Part shown: positions 11,811 to 24,690 of the stretch, one piece after another
How positions within the stretch are numbered: position 1 is the first letter of the stretch
How the letters are laid out: every line of letters starts with the position of its first letter
DNA from: an uncultured virus (IMG/VR IMGVR_UViG_2061766007_002077)
Taxonomy: Duplodnaviria; Heunggongvirae; Uroviricota; Caudoviricetes
IMG/VR virus record: IMGVR_UViG_2061766007_002077
Direction: 5' to 3' (one strand)
Length of the DNA stretch: 64,000 nucleotides
Translations under genes and position numbers: made by a program
Notes under the pieces: model-generated
Told to the model about the DNA's origin: nothing
The model's database searches: none
What the model saw: only the letters and a program-made list of their open reading frames with translations

Positions 11811-14377
11811 TAAGATTTGATTCTGATTCTATATATGACAGAATAATATCCAAATTACAACAGAGCCATGAATGGAGAGCTCTTGTAAACAACAGTGTTA
11901 TACAGTCTCTAGTGAGAAGTAACTCTGAAGCAGATGCCGAGACAGCAAGATATGCAGAATATCTGTTCAAGGAATCAAGGTGGGATACCGCTCAGAACAC
12001 AACCTCAGTTGTGGCCATGGCCAATATGCTTGGATACCAGCCCAAGAGAAAGATATCATCTCAAGGAAAGATATACGTTTCCTTTGATGCTAAGACCACA
12101 TCAGTAGGTAATTCCATAACAATGGAATCTTTCCTTAATCTGAACAAGGACACTCCTTTTGAGAACGCATTGAGGAACAGCTGGAGAAAACCAAGTAGTC
12201 CGGTCATAATAAATGCCACCACAAAGGTAAAGGATAGTGAGGGAGTATCCTATGTGGTTACCAGTCCTGCAATAATAGAGGCTAATGACTATTACACCTC
12301 TGTGGATATCATGCAGGGTGAAATAAAAAGCAAATTCATTGACATTGATACCATAAGGTCAACTTACTCCATAAGTAAGCTTAATCCTTATATGTATATA
12401 CCTGTATCAATAAGNNNNNNNNNNCGCTGCTTCAAAGCAGTTCCTCTCAGTGAATCTCATATATCCTGACAACAGTAATTCCACACAGAACGAAGAGAAC
12501 AATTCCTCCGAGACCCGATACAGATATGAGCCCTATAGGGTTGTTGATAGCCTTCTTCTTTCCGCTGAGGGTGATAAGGATGTTGAGTTCTATAATGACC
12601 TTTACAATCAGAATCTCTTTTATCTGAAATTCAAGAATGACCCTCTTACAGAGAATGTCATAGACCTCTCACAGAACTCAAGTCTTATNNNNNNNNNNNT
12701 GAATCCTTAGGTAAGGAATCCAATAAAGAGGACCTTCACAAGGCCTTCTATCTTGAAGATGCCACAATGGGTTCTGCAAGAGTGAAACTTTACGGAATAA
12801 ACTATACTGCTCTCAGTGGTGGTTCAGATGAGGAATCCGTTACAGATATCAAGAAAAATGCGGTAAAGGAATATACGAAGTATTATAGCATAGGGACAAA
12901 GGAAGCTTATCAGAACNNNNNNNNNNNNNNNNNTGAATATAGGTGGAGTCTCCAAGAACATAATTCCCAAGAAAGTACAGGTCTATGGTGGAGTTGACTC
13001 AAGTACCAACTCATCAATTCCTGTCACTTATGTATCTTTCATCGCTGGAGGTCTTGATGATATTTCAATCAAGTCATCATCAGATAATCCATATGAGGAT
13101 ATAGAGACATCCTTGAACTATGCTTTGGCAAGATTGAAGTCACCTCAGGATACATTGAGATTTGCTCCTCCTTCATATACTTCATTCGCATTGGGAATTG
13201 AATGTACCATAAACAGTAATAGCTCAAATGAGATAAGCAGTCTCTCCAATCAGATATCTGATTTCATAGACCTTAAATGGGGTCCTAACTCCAATGACAT
13301 AGATTTCGGAAGAAACTTCTCAGTATCTTCTGAGACTACTGCTCTGACCAGTAAATTTGATATTGAGATAACAAGTCTTGAGGTCGAGGCTGTGAAGAAG
13401 CTTGAATGGGAGAACGCTATGCTCGAGTCTCCTAATGGTGACCAGAACTCAGCTATTCACACATTCAGAATTCCGTTTGAGTTCAGTACTGTATTCCTTG
13501 GAAACCAGGTCATAAAGGGATTCAAGGACTATGATATGGGCGCCAAATATGTGATGAGAGTTGATTTCCTTTACAAGACCCCATCCACATTGGGTACAAT
13601 CACCAATCTGAGTAAGAGTCTGTTCATAAGCACAAAGCCCGCAGTCACACAGGATACCATAAATGTAAATGCAGTGTCAAGAGGAAGTAAATCTTTCTGT
13701 ATCTTATCAGAGGGTTCTGATTCAGAGTCCACATGGCCTGATATAAACAATCTCATGGTGATGGACGATTATAATGACCTTGCTGATGCAGATGTTCTCT
13801 CAACGGCATATCTCGTGGATTTCAAGAAGAAGGTATATACCGATAATGGATTCACTCTCTTGGAGAATGATATAAAGAATCATAAGGTTGCCTTAAGAAA
13901 CTCCACCTCTAAAGGTGCTATTGACAACTATCTGATTTACTTCTCTGGTAACTATGATACCGAGCAAGGTGGTGAGGGTAACATAGGTGCTGGTTGGATT
14001 GAATTGACCTTCGATGAGATTTACAGTGTCATTCAGACATTCGCTCTCTATGACAGTAAATTGGCCAGTAAACTCAACACCTGTACCTTAAACGCCCTTA
14101 AATGTAATGTAAGTGACCAAAACGCTTTCATGATATTCAAGGATATAATGTCAAATTATCTTGACATTTATGTAAGCATGAGACCTGTTGACCAGAACCT
14201 CAGTCTTATATCCAATTCTTTGTCAGATGAGAAGGGATACAACGGAAGTAATGAGATTCTTTATATAGATTCCTATGATTCCGAGATTCTGGAGACCGGT
14301 GCTCAAGGAGAGAAAGTCACTAACCTGACTTCCGATAAGAAAGCAAGATTCATNNNNNNNNNNNNNNNNNNNNNTAA
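11807..14377 (+). CDS. Baseplate wedge protein (T4 gp6/baseplate J-like)
   Basis: ESRWDTAQ..SV..MA.MLGYQPKR and GGSDEES...IKKNA motifs; fragments rejoined across short N-runs; TAA overlaps the next ATG. Confidence 0.75.
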
Positions 14378-17300
14378 TGAATACCTCCATTAAACAAGAT
14401 TTGGAAAATTATTTAATCAGACTCAGAGAAGAACATAAGATAGGACCTTATTCATTCGGTAGTGTCTCCGAAATTCTTAAAGAAGGCTCATATCTTCTTT
14501 ATGAATTTGAAGATTGCACTGTTGAGGTTCCTCTTGAGGTGGAAGAAGGTAATTCAGAACACGGATACTATACAAGAGAGATATCTCCTCTTTTTTATGA
14601 TAAAGTTATCAACGAAAGAGGGAACTGGGAGTTTCTTGATATAGTGACCGAAGAGGTTCCTTTTTACTATATGGAGCCTACCATAAATCTCGATGAAGAT
14701 GACATTCTCTTTCAGAGTACAAGAGACATTGGAATAAACAATGTCCCTTCCTCTTTGCAGGATAATGATTTCTATCAGGTGTGGTTCAGAGATGCTATCG
14801 GATACATTAAGAATCTCCTGATACTAGATGTATACAATAAGCTCAGATATCCATATATCCTTGAAAACCAGTATCTCAATTCAAAGATTTTCAATAAGAT
14901 GGCAATGGAGAATTTTGCCAATATATTTGATTCTGAGGGATATATAGGATTCAAGGCCACAGAGGAAGAGAACTCTGAGGTCTATGACCCCAATTATAAG
15001 TATTATGGACATGAAGTCGGATGTCTTGATTATATGACAGATATAGTCTCACAGAAGGTGGATTCCAACTATTCTCTGATAGACTTCAATCCAGAGCAAT
15101 CTAGCTTCTTATCCAACTGGATTGAATCCATGTATCAGAGTGGTATGATATCCTACTCTGAATGTGAGGAAGAGAGACTCCTCTTTAAGTTACAGGATAT
15201 CAAAAGTGAGCTCCTGAGAAGAAAGTTCTCAGGCTCATACAGCCTCTATATGCTTATGTTGGCTTCCATCGGAAGAACTGGAAGCTATCTTGGAATAGTG
15301 ACCGCTGGAGATGTCAATGTTCAGGCAACTGGATATTATGATGAATATGGTAACATTAAGGGATATATCAAGTCATTCAATGATACAAGACCTATAAGAA
15401 TCCCCAGCCTTCCTGGAATAACAACAAAGTTCACTGCAAGTCTTGATGAGTCCGTAAGTCCGGTAAACATTTATCATGTTAAGCCTGAGGAACCTAAGAA
15501 GATGCCTTTGNNNNNNNNNNNNNNNNNNNNNNNNNNNCCTATTATATAGGTTCAGAGACCGGAGATGAGGAAAAGGGATATGTTCCTTTCCAGAGCGGAG
15601 CCTTCTATCAGTCACTTCTCTGTTCAGATGAGAACTTGGATGATACAACCAATAAAATCGGATATATAAGTCCCTATGACTGTTCAGAATATGTAACAAC
15701 AGGATTAGGACCATCCGCTTATAGAAACACTTTTTACAGAGATAACACCAACATAATTCCTTGGGATAACCTTTCTGGAGTTCTTTCACAGAAATCAATA
15801 CTTGAGCATTATGATACTCTTGATATGCTTGTATTGAGAAAGAGTTCCACTGGAAATGACCAGTATAGTCCTAGAACCTTGGATGAGATAAATCCCAATC
15901 TCAATGAATCTGATGTAGGTTCGACTCCTTATTATACTTTGGATTCAAAGAGCTCTTCTGTTGATTTGTCAAACATCTATGGAAGTGTACTTGATATAAC
16001 TGCCAACCATATCCTATATCATAGGAATGACATACAAAAGAGTGCTGATGAGTATCCTTATGTTACTTATCCTATATCTGATGGAAACAGTCTTTCTCTT
16101 ATGGATACTTCATGGCTTGATTATGTGGAATATCATTCCAACATGAAATCCAAGGTCAATGAGGACGTAAGTTTCGGTGCTCAGGTAAGCACATATCTTG
16201 AAGTGGATGATGCTTTGGCTGTCCCTTGTGAGTTCTTCGCTTATGAGGTGGTAACTCCAGAAACAGGATTAAGTGCTTCTGAGAATAGTGGATTCCTGAA
16301 TCTTTATTATTGCAGATTCAGATATGAAGCTGATTCATTCAAGATTTCATATATAGAGACAGATACCATACTTGAAAAAATACTTATTTCCTCAATAAGA
16401 CTCAGACATCAAGGACCTAGCGAGTTCTATGAGGATGGTGTCCTTAAATCAGAATATAAGGAATTTGAGAAATTTGTCAATTATAATATAGGTCTCATTC
16501 CTCTCACATATAAGGGAATGATAAATGACAAGATAAAGACTCTGAGAATGGGAAGTTACAGGGATGGAAGTGCTTCAGGTTCCTGGTACGATGATGTAGA
16601 GAACAACNNNNNNNNNNNNNNNNNNNNNNNNNNNNNNNNNNNNNNNNNNNNNNNNNNNNNNNNNNNNNNNNNNNNNNNNNNNNNNNNNNNNNNNNNNNNN
16701 NNNNNNNNNNNNNNNNNNNNNNNNNNNNNNNNNNNNNNNNNNNNNNNNNNNNNNNNNNNNNNNNNNNNNNNNNNNNNNNNNNNNNNNNNNNNNNNNNNNN
16801 NNNNNNNNNNNNNNNNNNNNNNNNNNNNNNNNNNNNNNNNNNNNNNNNNNNNNNNNNNNNNNNNNNNNNNNNNNNNNNNNNNNNNNNNNNNNNNNNNNNN
16901 NNNNNNNNNNAATCTCTCATTCAGAAGGATGTAATCTATAAGCCTGACTGGAAGAACCTTGGATATCATCTTAATCCATATCTTAATTTCACTGAGGAAA
17001 GTGCAAGTGCTCTCAGACATAAGAAGGTCATAGGAAACAGAGTATGGTACAATGCTAATCTCAATAATGGAACATACACTTTCCTTGAAGGACCTTCCAA
17101 TAGAACAGGNNNNNNNNNNNNNNNNNNNNNATGGATTTTGTCTGTGAAGATTCTTTGGATTCTAAAATAAAGAATACAGAGGGATACTGGAGTGGTTGGT
17201 CAAAGGGTGACCATTCTATCTCGGGTATTTATCTTAGAAAGATACAAGAGGACTCTGAAAACAGCGGATTCTCCAATCAGAACATATACGGAGATAACAG

Positions 17301-20300
17301 ATATGATGATATCTTTGATGTCTATTATGACAGAGTAGTTCAGTATGCCTCAGAAGAAGATTTCCCTAAGCCTGGTGAAAAGAATGTTCTTTATGTGGCT
17401 GATGGAAGATATTATCTGTATATCCCTGGGTTATCCTCAGATAATGCCTATAAGAGAATATATAACCTTAAAATCAATAAGAACAGGTCAGATATCTATG
17501 ACTCCAATCTTCTCAGAGTTCCTTCTCTTCATATAGAGAGGGCTCAGAGTATGGATGATTTGTCAATCGGGACTAACATATCCTTAGGATATACCATAAT
17601 GAATCTGGTATCAGAGAATTACAATAACTGGTACTGGAATCAACCTTCCGATGGTATAACCATATGTATCAATGTACTGTTTGACAAGATTCCGGAAGGT
17701 TCGGCAATATTTGCACAGAGAGACGGTGAGTTCTCATTGATATATGAGGATGGGTCCATTCAGTTTTCCGTGGGGTCTGATACCATATCAAAGGAAGTCA
17801 ACATTTCCTTGGATAAGAACTATAGAATATCTGCTACTGTAAAAGGAAAGAACGCTGTTCTCATTGTAAATGAGGATATCGTTGAAATGGAATTCTCGAC
17901 AGAATATTCCAAGGTGTCCAGTTCAGAGCCTATCTATCTGTTCTCAGATACAAGCGGAAATCACTTCTTGGAAGGTGATATCCTTGATTTGAGATTATAT
18001 AATGAAGGAAAATCAAAGGCCAACCTATATATCCTTAATGCTGGATTGTTCAGAGAACTATATTCATATTCTCCATCATCATATAAACTTGCCCATTCCC
18101 TTTATGTGGATTATGGACTTATAAGGATGGTTGATAACTCAGCTGATAACTCCACAGACTACGGAATCAAGAAGATTGGTTCAATTAGGGTATTCAACAG
18201 GGGTGTATGGGATTCAATAATGACAGACTTGTATCCTGTCTCATTGGATGAATCTGACCCTGATAATCCTCAATATTATGAATACTATAAGAATCCCCAG
18301 GATGATACAGATGTCTATGCCTCCTATGTAGAGGATGGGGTCAAAAAAGTATATCTTAATGATTGTGTTGAGCAGACTCTCATTGAAGGAATGGAGGTGT
18401 TCAACGGAAGAGCTATTCTTCAGGATACTGTATTTGCTTATAATGGAAAAAAATATAAGTTCCCTGAGAACAGTTATGTAACTGNNNNNNNNNNNNNNNN
18501 NNNNNNNNNNNNNNNNNNNNNNNNNNNNNNNNNNNNNNNNNNNNNNNNNNNNNNNNNNNNNNNTTCCAACTCCACTGTTGACATTGAGATGAAGGCGGAT
18601 GCAAGTGATGACTATTTCAAGTTTGCTACTGACCTTAATCCTAATTTTGAGATAACTCCAGAATCCAGCCTTTCAAGATTCCTTACAAGGGGAACAAATA
18701 TAGCTCTCAAATACTATAACTCACTAGATGACTCCCTTATAATCCTCAAGAACTCTGAGGTTAGAAAGTCCTCTGAGAACCATGTCCTTATTCCTCTTTG
18801 TATCCCAGATTCAGAGAACTCAAAATTAGAGGGAACTCTGGATAGATTCTATCTTAGGAATTTCGTGTTCGGAGAGACTTTCTCCAAATTCTTGAGAGCA
18901 TCTTCATATTATACCGAAGTCAAGATACCTGTACCTTGTCAGATTTCAGCTCCTGGATATTCTCTGATTATCTTGGAAGAAACCGAATCCACTCTGATAT
19001 CTGAATGGAGAGAGAATCATAATGGTCTTTCCGTATATATTCAGTCAGGTTCAGGAGAATATGAGGAAATAGATACAGATGCTCATCCAGATATTCATTT
19101 CCAGCCCAATAAGGAATATTTCTTCTTTGATATGGAAAAGAAGGTAATGACCTATTATAACAAGTGGGATGGAATAAGGATGCTCAGAGAAGGATACTAT
19201 GTATTCACTTGCAAATATCCTTTGAAGATTCTTCCTTTCCTTGATTCTGATTTCAATTCACAGGTCAAGAGCAATTACAATACTCTCTATGGAACAATGA
19301 GATTCCTTGTTGAAGTCAAGGGAACTCCTAAGGAAATCACCATAGATGAATATAAGAAGTATGAGATAGATGGAACTCCTGCTGACCTTAGATTTGATAA
19401 GGTCAAGGGAACATTGCAGTCATCAGAGATGAAGGTATCTCCGGAAGATAATAAAACCTTCCCTCATAGGTCTATGTCAATAAGATTGTATGCCTATGAT
19501 GTGGACGGAACTGCTGGAGCCATGAACGGAAACACTGAGGCATATACCTTCAAGTGGTCATTGATGGCAAGTAACAATTATGAGGATTGTTTCATTGATA
19601 CATTTGTTCCCGCTACGGAGTATTCATCTGATGAGGAATATTATACCAAGGCTTCTGAGTCCAATATCTATACAAAGGTTACTGAACCTAATGAGGAGGA
19701 TTTAGACAGATATTATGTCAAGACCTCTGTCTCCAAAGATGGGATAACCTATATAGACAAGGATGCCCTTGATTCCGGAGTCATAATAGAGAAAAATACT
19801 CCTATGTTCCTGATGAAGAATTATGTGGAGGGATTCTTTGTCAATAAGATGGACAGAAGTAATCCTGAGGAGTTCGTCATAGGCTCAAACGATGATGATA
19901 TAATAGACCCTATACGGATACTTCCTTATTCAATGAAANNNNNNNNNNNNNNNNNNNNNNNNNNNAACGGAAAAAGGAATTGATAAATTATCCCTTATTG
20001 CAGGAAAGTCTTATAAGATACTCTTTGACTATACTTCCAAAACCACAGAAATGAAATACTTTAAGGATGGAAGTACCACAGGGTCTGAATCCAGCTTCAT
20101 AGAAGGTGGTGTGGATATCCTCAGTAATTCAGTCATGGCTCCTTCTTCAAATTACATCTATACAACAGCTGGAGAGAACGTTGAGAACTCAACCAGATTG
20201 TATAATTACAGTTTGGGGTATCATTATGACTGTGAGAATTCAAAATGGTTGGATAATGATATCAAGAAGAATGACATCACTATCGGATGCTATCTTGGTG

Positions 20301-22165
20301 ACCCTTACAGCAATAGCAGAGATAAGAACAGACTCATCAATCAGGTAGGAATAAGCTCCAATCAAGGTATATCATCGGAGGACAACACCGAGGATATATC
20401 CAACTCCTATCAGATAAAATATATGGATAAGAAAGCAATCTATAATAGTNNNNNNNNNNNNNNNNNNNNNNNNNNNNNNNNNNNNNNNNNNNGCTATGGA
20501 AATGATTTAATCTATCATCTCAGATTTGATAAATCCATACCTTACCCTGCTTTAGATGATAACGGGTCGGCTAGGGCTACGGATTTCGTTGAGAAGGATT
20601 TGATAAAATATCATTATAATTCAATCAATCCATTGAACATATCCAATTCTCTGATTCAGTCATCCTATGGTATTGTAGGCGGATTCTCCTTAATCACTCC
20701 TAATATCAAGTATCCTGGTTCTCCTATTGTAAAATTCAATATAGATAGCAAGAATTATGACNNNNNNNNNNNNNNNNNNNNNNNNNNNNNNNNNNNNNNN
20801 NNNNNNNNNNNNNNNNNNNNNNNNNNNNNNNNNNNNNNNNNNNNNNNNNNNNNNNNNNTACTATCTGTAAGTAATATGAGATATCAGAATATAGATGAAC
20901 CTAAGATATCAGCCGAATATCCTCAAAGAACCCTTAAATGTAAGGTATATCCTTATACACAGAACGGACATTTCAAGATAAGATATGTCGGAGGAAACGG
21001 AACATCTATAAATTCTGTTTATAAGACATCTCTTAAAGTGGAGACTCAATTTGATGAAGCTGCTAGAGCAGCTGGATGCAGCATTGATTTCTCCATCAAG
21101 GCAAGATTCTATGATAAGGATAATCAGGAAGTGGAGACCTGTGACCTCTCAAGAGTAGGGACAAGTTCCATGTTCTGTGGATATACAGATGACCCTATAG
21201 TGGCTGAATCTGTGGAATTTGATATTGATGTAACCCATAATTTCACAAGTCAAAGTTCCATAGATGCAGATATCATAGAGACTGAATCCTATATACTGTT
21301 ATCCAATTTCTCCGTACAGAGTCAAGAGGCCAAGAAGTATACAATAGGCCTTTCTGAGGTGTATAATGAGGGAACATCCTATGGTTCATCAATGGTTGTG
21401 GCTTCTCATATTGTTCCCGTGTTCAGGAACAAGGAGACACAGGAGATTGTACCTATACAGTTCAAGAATGGTGTCATATCTTCTCAAGGAATAACAAGGC
21501 CAGAACCTGGAATGAACAGGTCTATCTCATTCATAAGCAAATGTGCTTTAGATGACCAGACCAATGATTCTAGGGCAAGAAAATTGAAAGCTCCTTGGAT
21601 AAGAAGACTTTACCTATATTATAGAGGTAATACTCCGGAAATAGAGTTCCATAAGTATTCAATGAGGAGAAATTCTCTTAAAATAAATACTTATAAAGAG
21701 ATATACTCAAATATAAATGATTTGTATTCAGTTCCTGATGCAGCAAATTCAGTAAAAGTGACTTACAACAAGAATGAAGAGAAGTTCAAGGTCTCATTTG
21801 TAGGTGGAATAAAGATGAATCTTGCTGATGATGGAACGTTGGCATATTTTGGAAACAATCTCATTGTAAAGAGGACCAATGCCATATCATTCAATGACAG
21901 TAGATGTTCATTCACATATAACTGCTTTGATTTGACCCGTTTCAGACAAGGATTGAGAAGTCCTGTTGCGGTGACAAACATACAGCTCTTGAATAAGACT
22001 CTTATAGAGGATAAAGGAGCCTTTGACAACAGAGAGGTGGTCTATGAGATAGAATATCTTCCTATCGTATATGATGAGACAAAGAATCATGTTTCATTCA
22101 ACATAATGCTCCATCATAAGGCTTTGGATATATCTGCGGAAATATCAGGTACTGAAACTAATTAA
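14377..22165 (+). CDS. Giant (~2,600 aa) baseplate/tail protein with a LamG/ConA-like domain
   Basis: An open frame continues after each N-run (15538, 16911, 17131, 19966); ITICINV...EGDILDLRLYN LamG-like segment at ~17650-18005. Confidence 0.6.
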
Positions 22166-22180
22166 CTATAAGGATTTACT

Positions 22181-23647
22181 ATGGCTATAATATCTAGCGN
22201 NNNNNNNNNNNNNNNNNNNNNNNNNNNNTATGAACAACGTTCTCAGGTCTGCAATAAGACCAGGAGTATACAATGCTAATTTGGCCGTCTATTACGGAAG
22301 GCCATCTGCTCCTGCTCAGCAATCTTCACAGAATAAGATGTGGTGCCTTACCATAAAGAAAGGTACTACGTTTGTGTTCTCAAATGATTATACCTTAGGA
22401 TATGAAGGTAAATTCAGAAGAAATTTCAATTTGATTGAAAGCAATGGTTTCAGTCCTATGACCGGAGATTCAAACAGAGTTGCCTTGATAAAGAGTGTTG
22501 CTCTCTATGATATGAGCATACCTATCACGGATACCATTTCCAATGATTCTGGGATTATTCCTATATTTGCTTATCTGTATTACAACCCTCAGACAAGCAA
22601 TGAAAGGTCGCTGTCATCACCTTCATTTTTCATAGGAACGGAGGCTCCCAGTACGGAATCTTACTTGTATAAGACAAATACTGTAATGTATGAGTCAGGA
22701 AGTGGTGCCCCGTCTTCAATCTCTGATTTGGGATTTGTAAAGGATGGGTCAACTGATAGCATAGCCACTATGGAGAATGACCACGGTTCTATCTTGAATC
22801 AGTACTTCCTTAACTTGGGATTTCTTGTGAATACCGGAAGAACTGAAAACGGAAAAGCTGTTTTGGCTTTTACAGGAAGGGGTCTCCCTGAATACAGACA
22901 TTCAATCACAATGAATACCAATACATTGATGCCTGATGTGATACCTTCCGCCTTGATTAAATCTGGAAATCAGACCTTCAGCAGAGTCTTCTTTGATATT
23001 CCATCTTCCTTTATAGGAAATACCATTTATGAGGACATAATGAAGTCAGCTCATACCAGAGACTTTGAGAATAGCTGGGAGTCAGCATATCTTGGAAAGA
23101 TGGCTCCTTCTGATTTTGGAAGTTCCTATGTGGATGTGACAGGAACCTCAAGTGGTATAGATATAATTTATGCCACTGTGTCCAATATCAAATCATATTC
23201 TGAAGATGTCAGTGATGTCACCATATCCAAGGATAATGGAATAAAATATCATATAATGAATCTGACATTACCTGGAGGAGTAACTCCCGAAGGTTTGAAT
23301 CTTGCAGATTGGATAGATACAAGAGACAGGGCTGGAAATACTCTGAGTGAGATAGACCAGTTCGCAGTTCTTGACATCTCACCTATGAATGTCAAGAGAC
23401 TTTCAGATTCTCTCATAGGAGTGGATATCTGGGACAAGGTGATGGATAATGTAAGAGAGGATTCTGAAATGGACCCCAATGAAATAACTGATATAATTCC
23501 TATATCTGTNNNNNNNNNNNNNNNNNNNNNNNNNNNNNNNNNNNNNNNNNNNNNAGTTATTTCGGATTACAGAATCAAATGTCAAAGATAAATTCTCTTA
23601 ATGTAAGGGAACATAATATATACAACATCATTCCTGTGATTGATTGA
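22181..23647 (+). CDS. Putative tail/baseplate structural protein
   Basis: ATG at 22181 after AAGGA; rejoined across N-runs; ends ...IIPVID*. Confidence 0.55.
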
Positions 23648-23659
23648 GGAGATTGGTAA

Positions 23660-24680
23660 ATGCCAAATATTAGACAGAGAGCTGAAGGTCAGCTTTGGAT
23701 AGACAGAAAGAAACCTCATGGATTAAGATATAGAGTAGATGGGGAAACCTTTCAAGTAGAAACCGTAAAGTCATNNNNNNNNNNNNNNNNNNNNNNNNNN
23801 NNNNNNNNNNNNNNNNNNNNNNNNNNNNNNNNNNNNNNNNNNNNNNNNNNNNNNNNNNNNNNNNNNNNNNNTAGGAAGTGTCTTGGGAGTATGTCCTAGA
23901 ACGGTTGTGGAAGGGGACGAAGTTACAATTCTTCAGAACGGATTCATTACTTTGGATTCCTCTGATTTATCCAACATTCTTGTTCAAAGAAGTGGTGACT
24001 TCGATAATGGAATAAATTATAAAGGGGCTCCTGTTTACTGGTTCATAGGANNNNNNNNNNNNNNNNNNNNNNNNNNNNNNNNNNNNNNNNNNNNNNNNNN
24101 NNNNNNNNNNNNNNNNNNNNNNNNNNNNNNNNNNNNNNNNNNNNNNNNNNNNNNATGTAGGTTATTCCAATCTTCCTATGATAGGAACTGTAGCTGATTT
24201 GGAATTATCAAATGGTAGCATCAGCTCCTTGAAGATAAGTCTGAATGTAAATTCCTTTGATTCCATTTTGGAATGGTACTGGCCTTATTCAATAAATATA
24301 ACCGGGGAGTCCTCTGATATATCAGCTTCATTAATAAATACCTATACAGACCCAACAACTTCTGATGACCAGTCAACATCACTGATAGATGAAAGTAAGG
24401 AAAAGAGAATCATAATAAGACATGGACTATTTCCTGGTATTATTCCCAGTGAGGAGCCATATTATGCTTTCAGGTCAAGATGTTTCTGTGATATCATAGC
24501 ATTGAATAAATCTGANNNNNNNNNNNNNNNNNNNNNNNNNNNNNNNNNNNNNNAGAGGGAGCTGTCGATGGAAGTAACAGGAGAACGGAAATAATATTCA
24601 AGAACTCAACGGAATCAGAAGAAAAGAGAATAAATGTTTTCGGTAAAGTGTCCTATGGATATGTTAAACAATATAATTAA
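23660..24680 (+). CDS. Putative virion structural protein
   Basis: GAGGAG RBS; three ORF fragments rejoined across N-runs; ends ...VKQYN*. Confidence 0.5.
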
Positions 24681-24690
24681 GGATTGAGAG

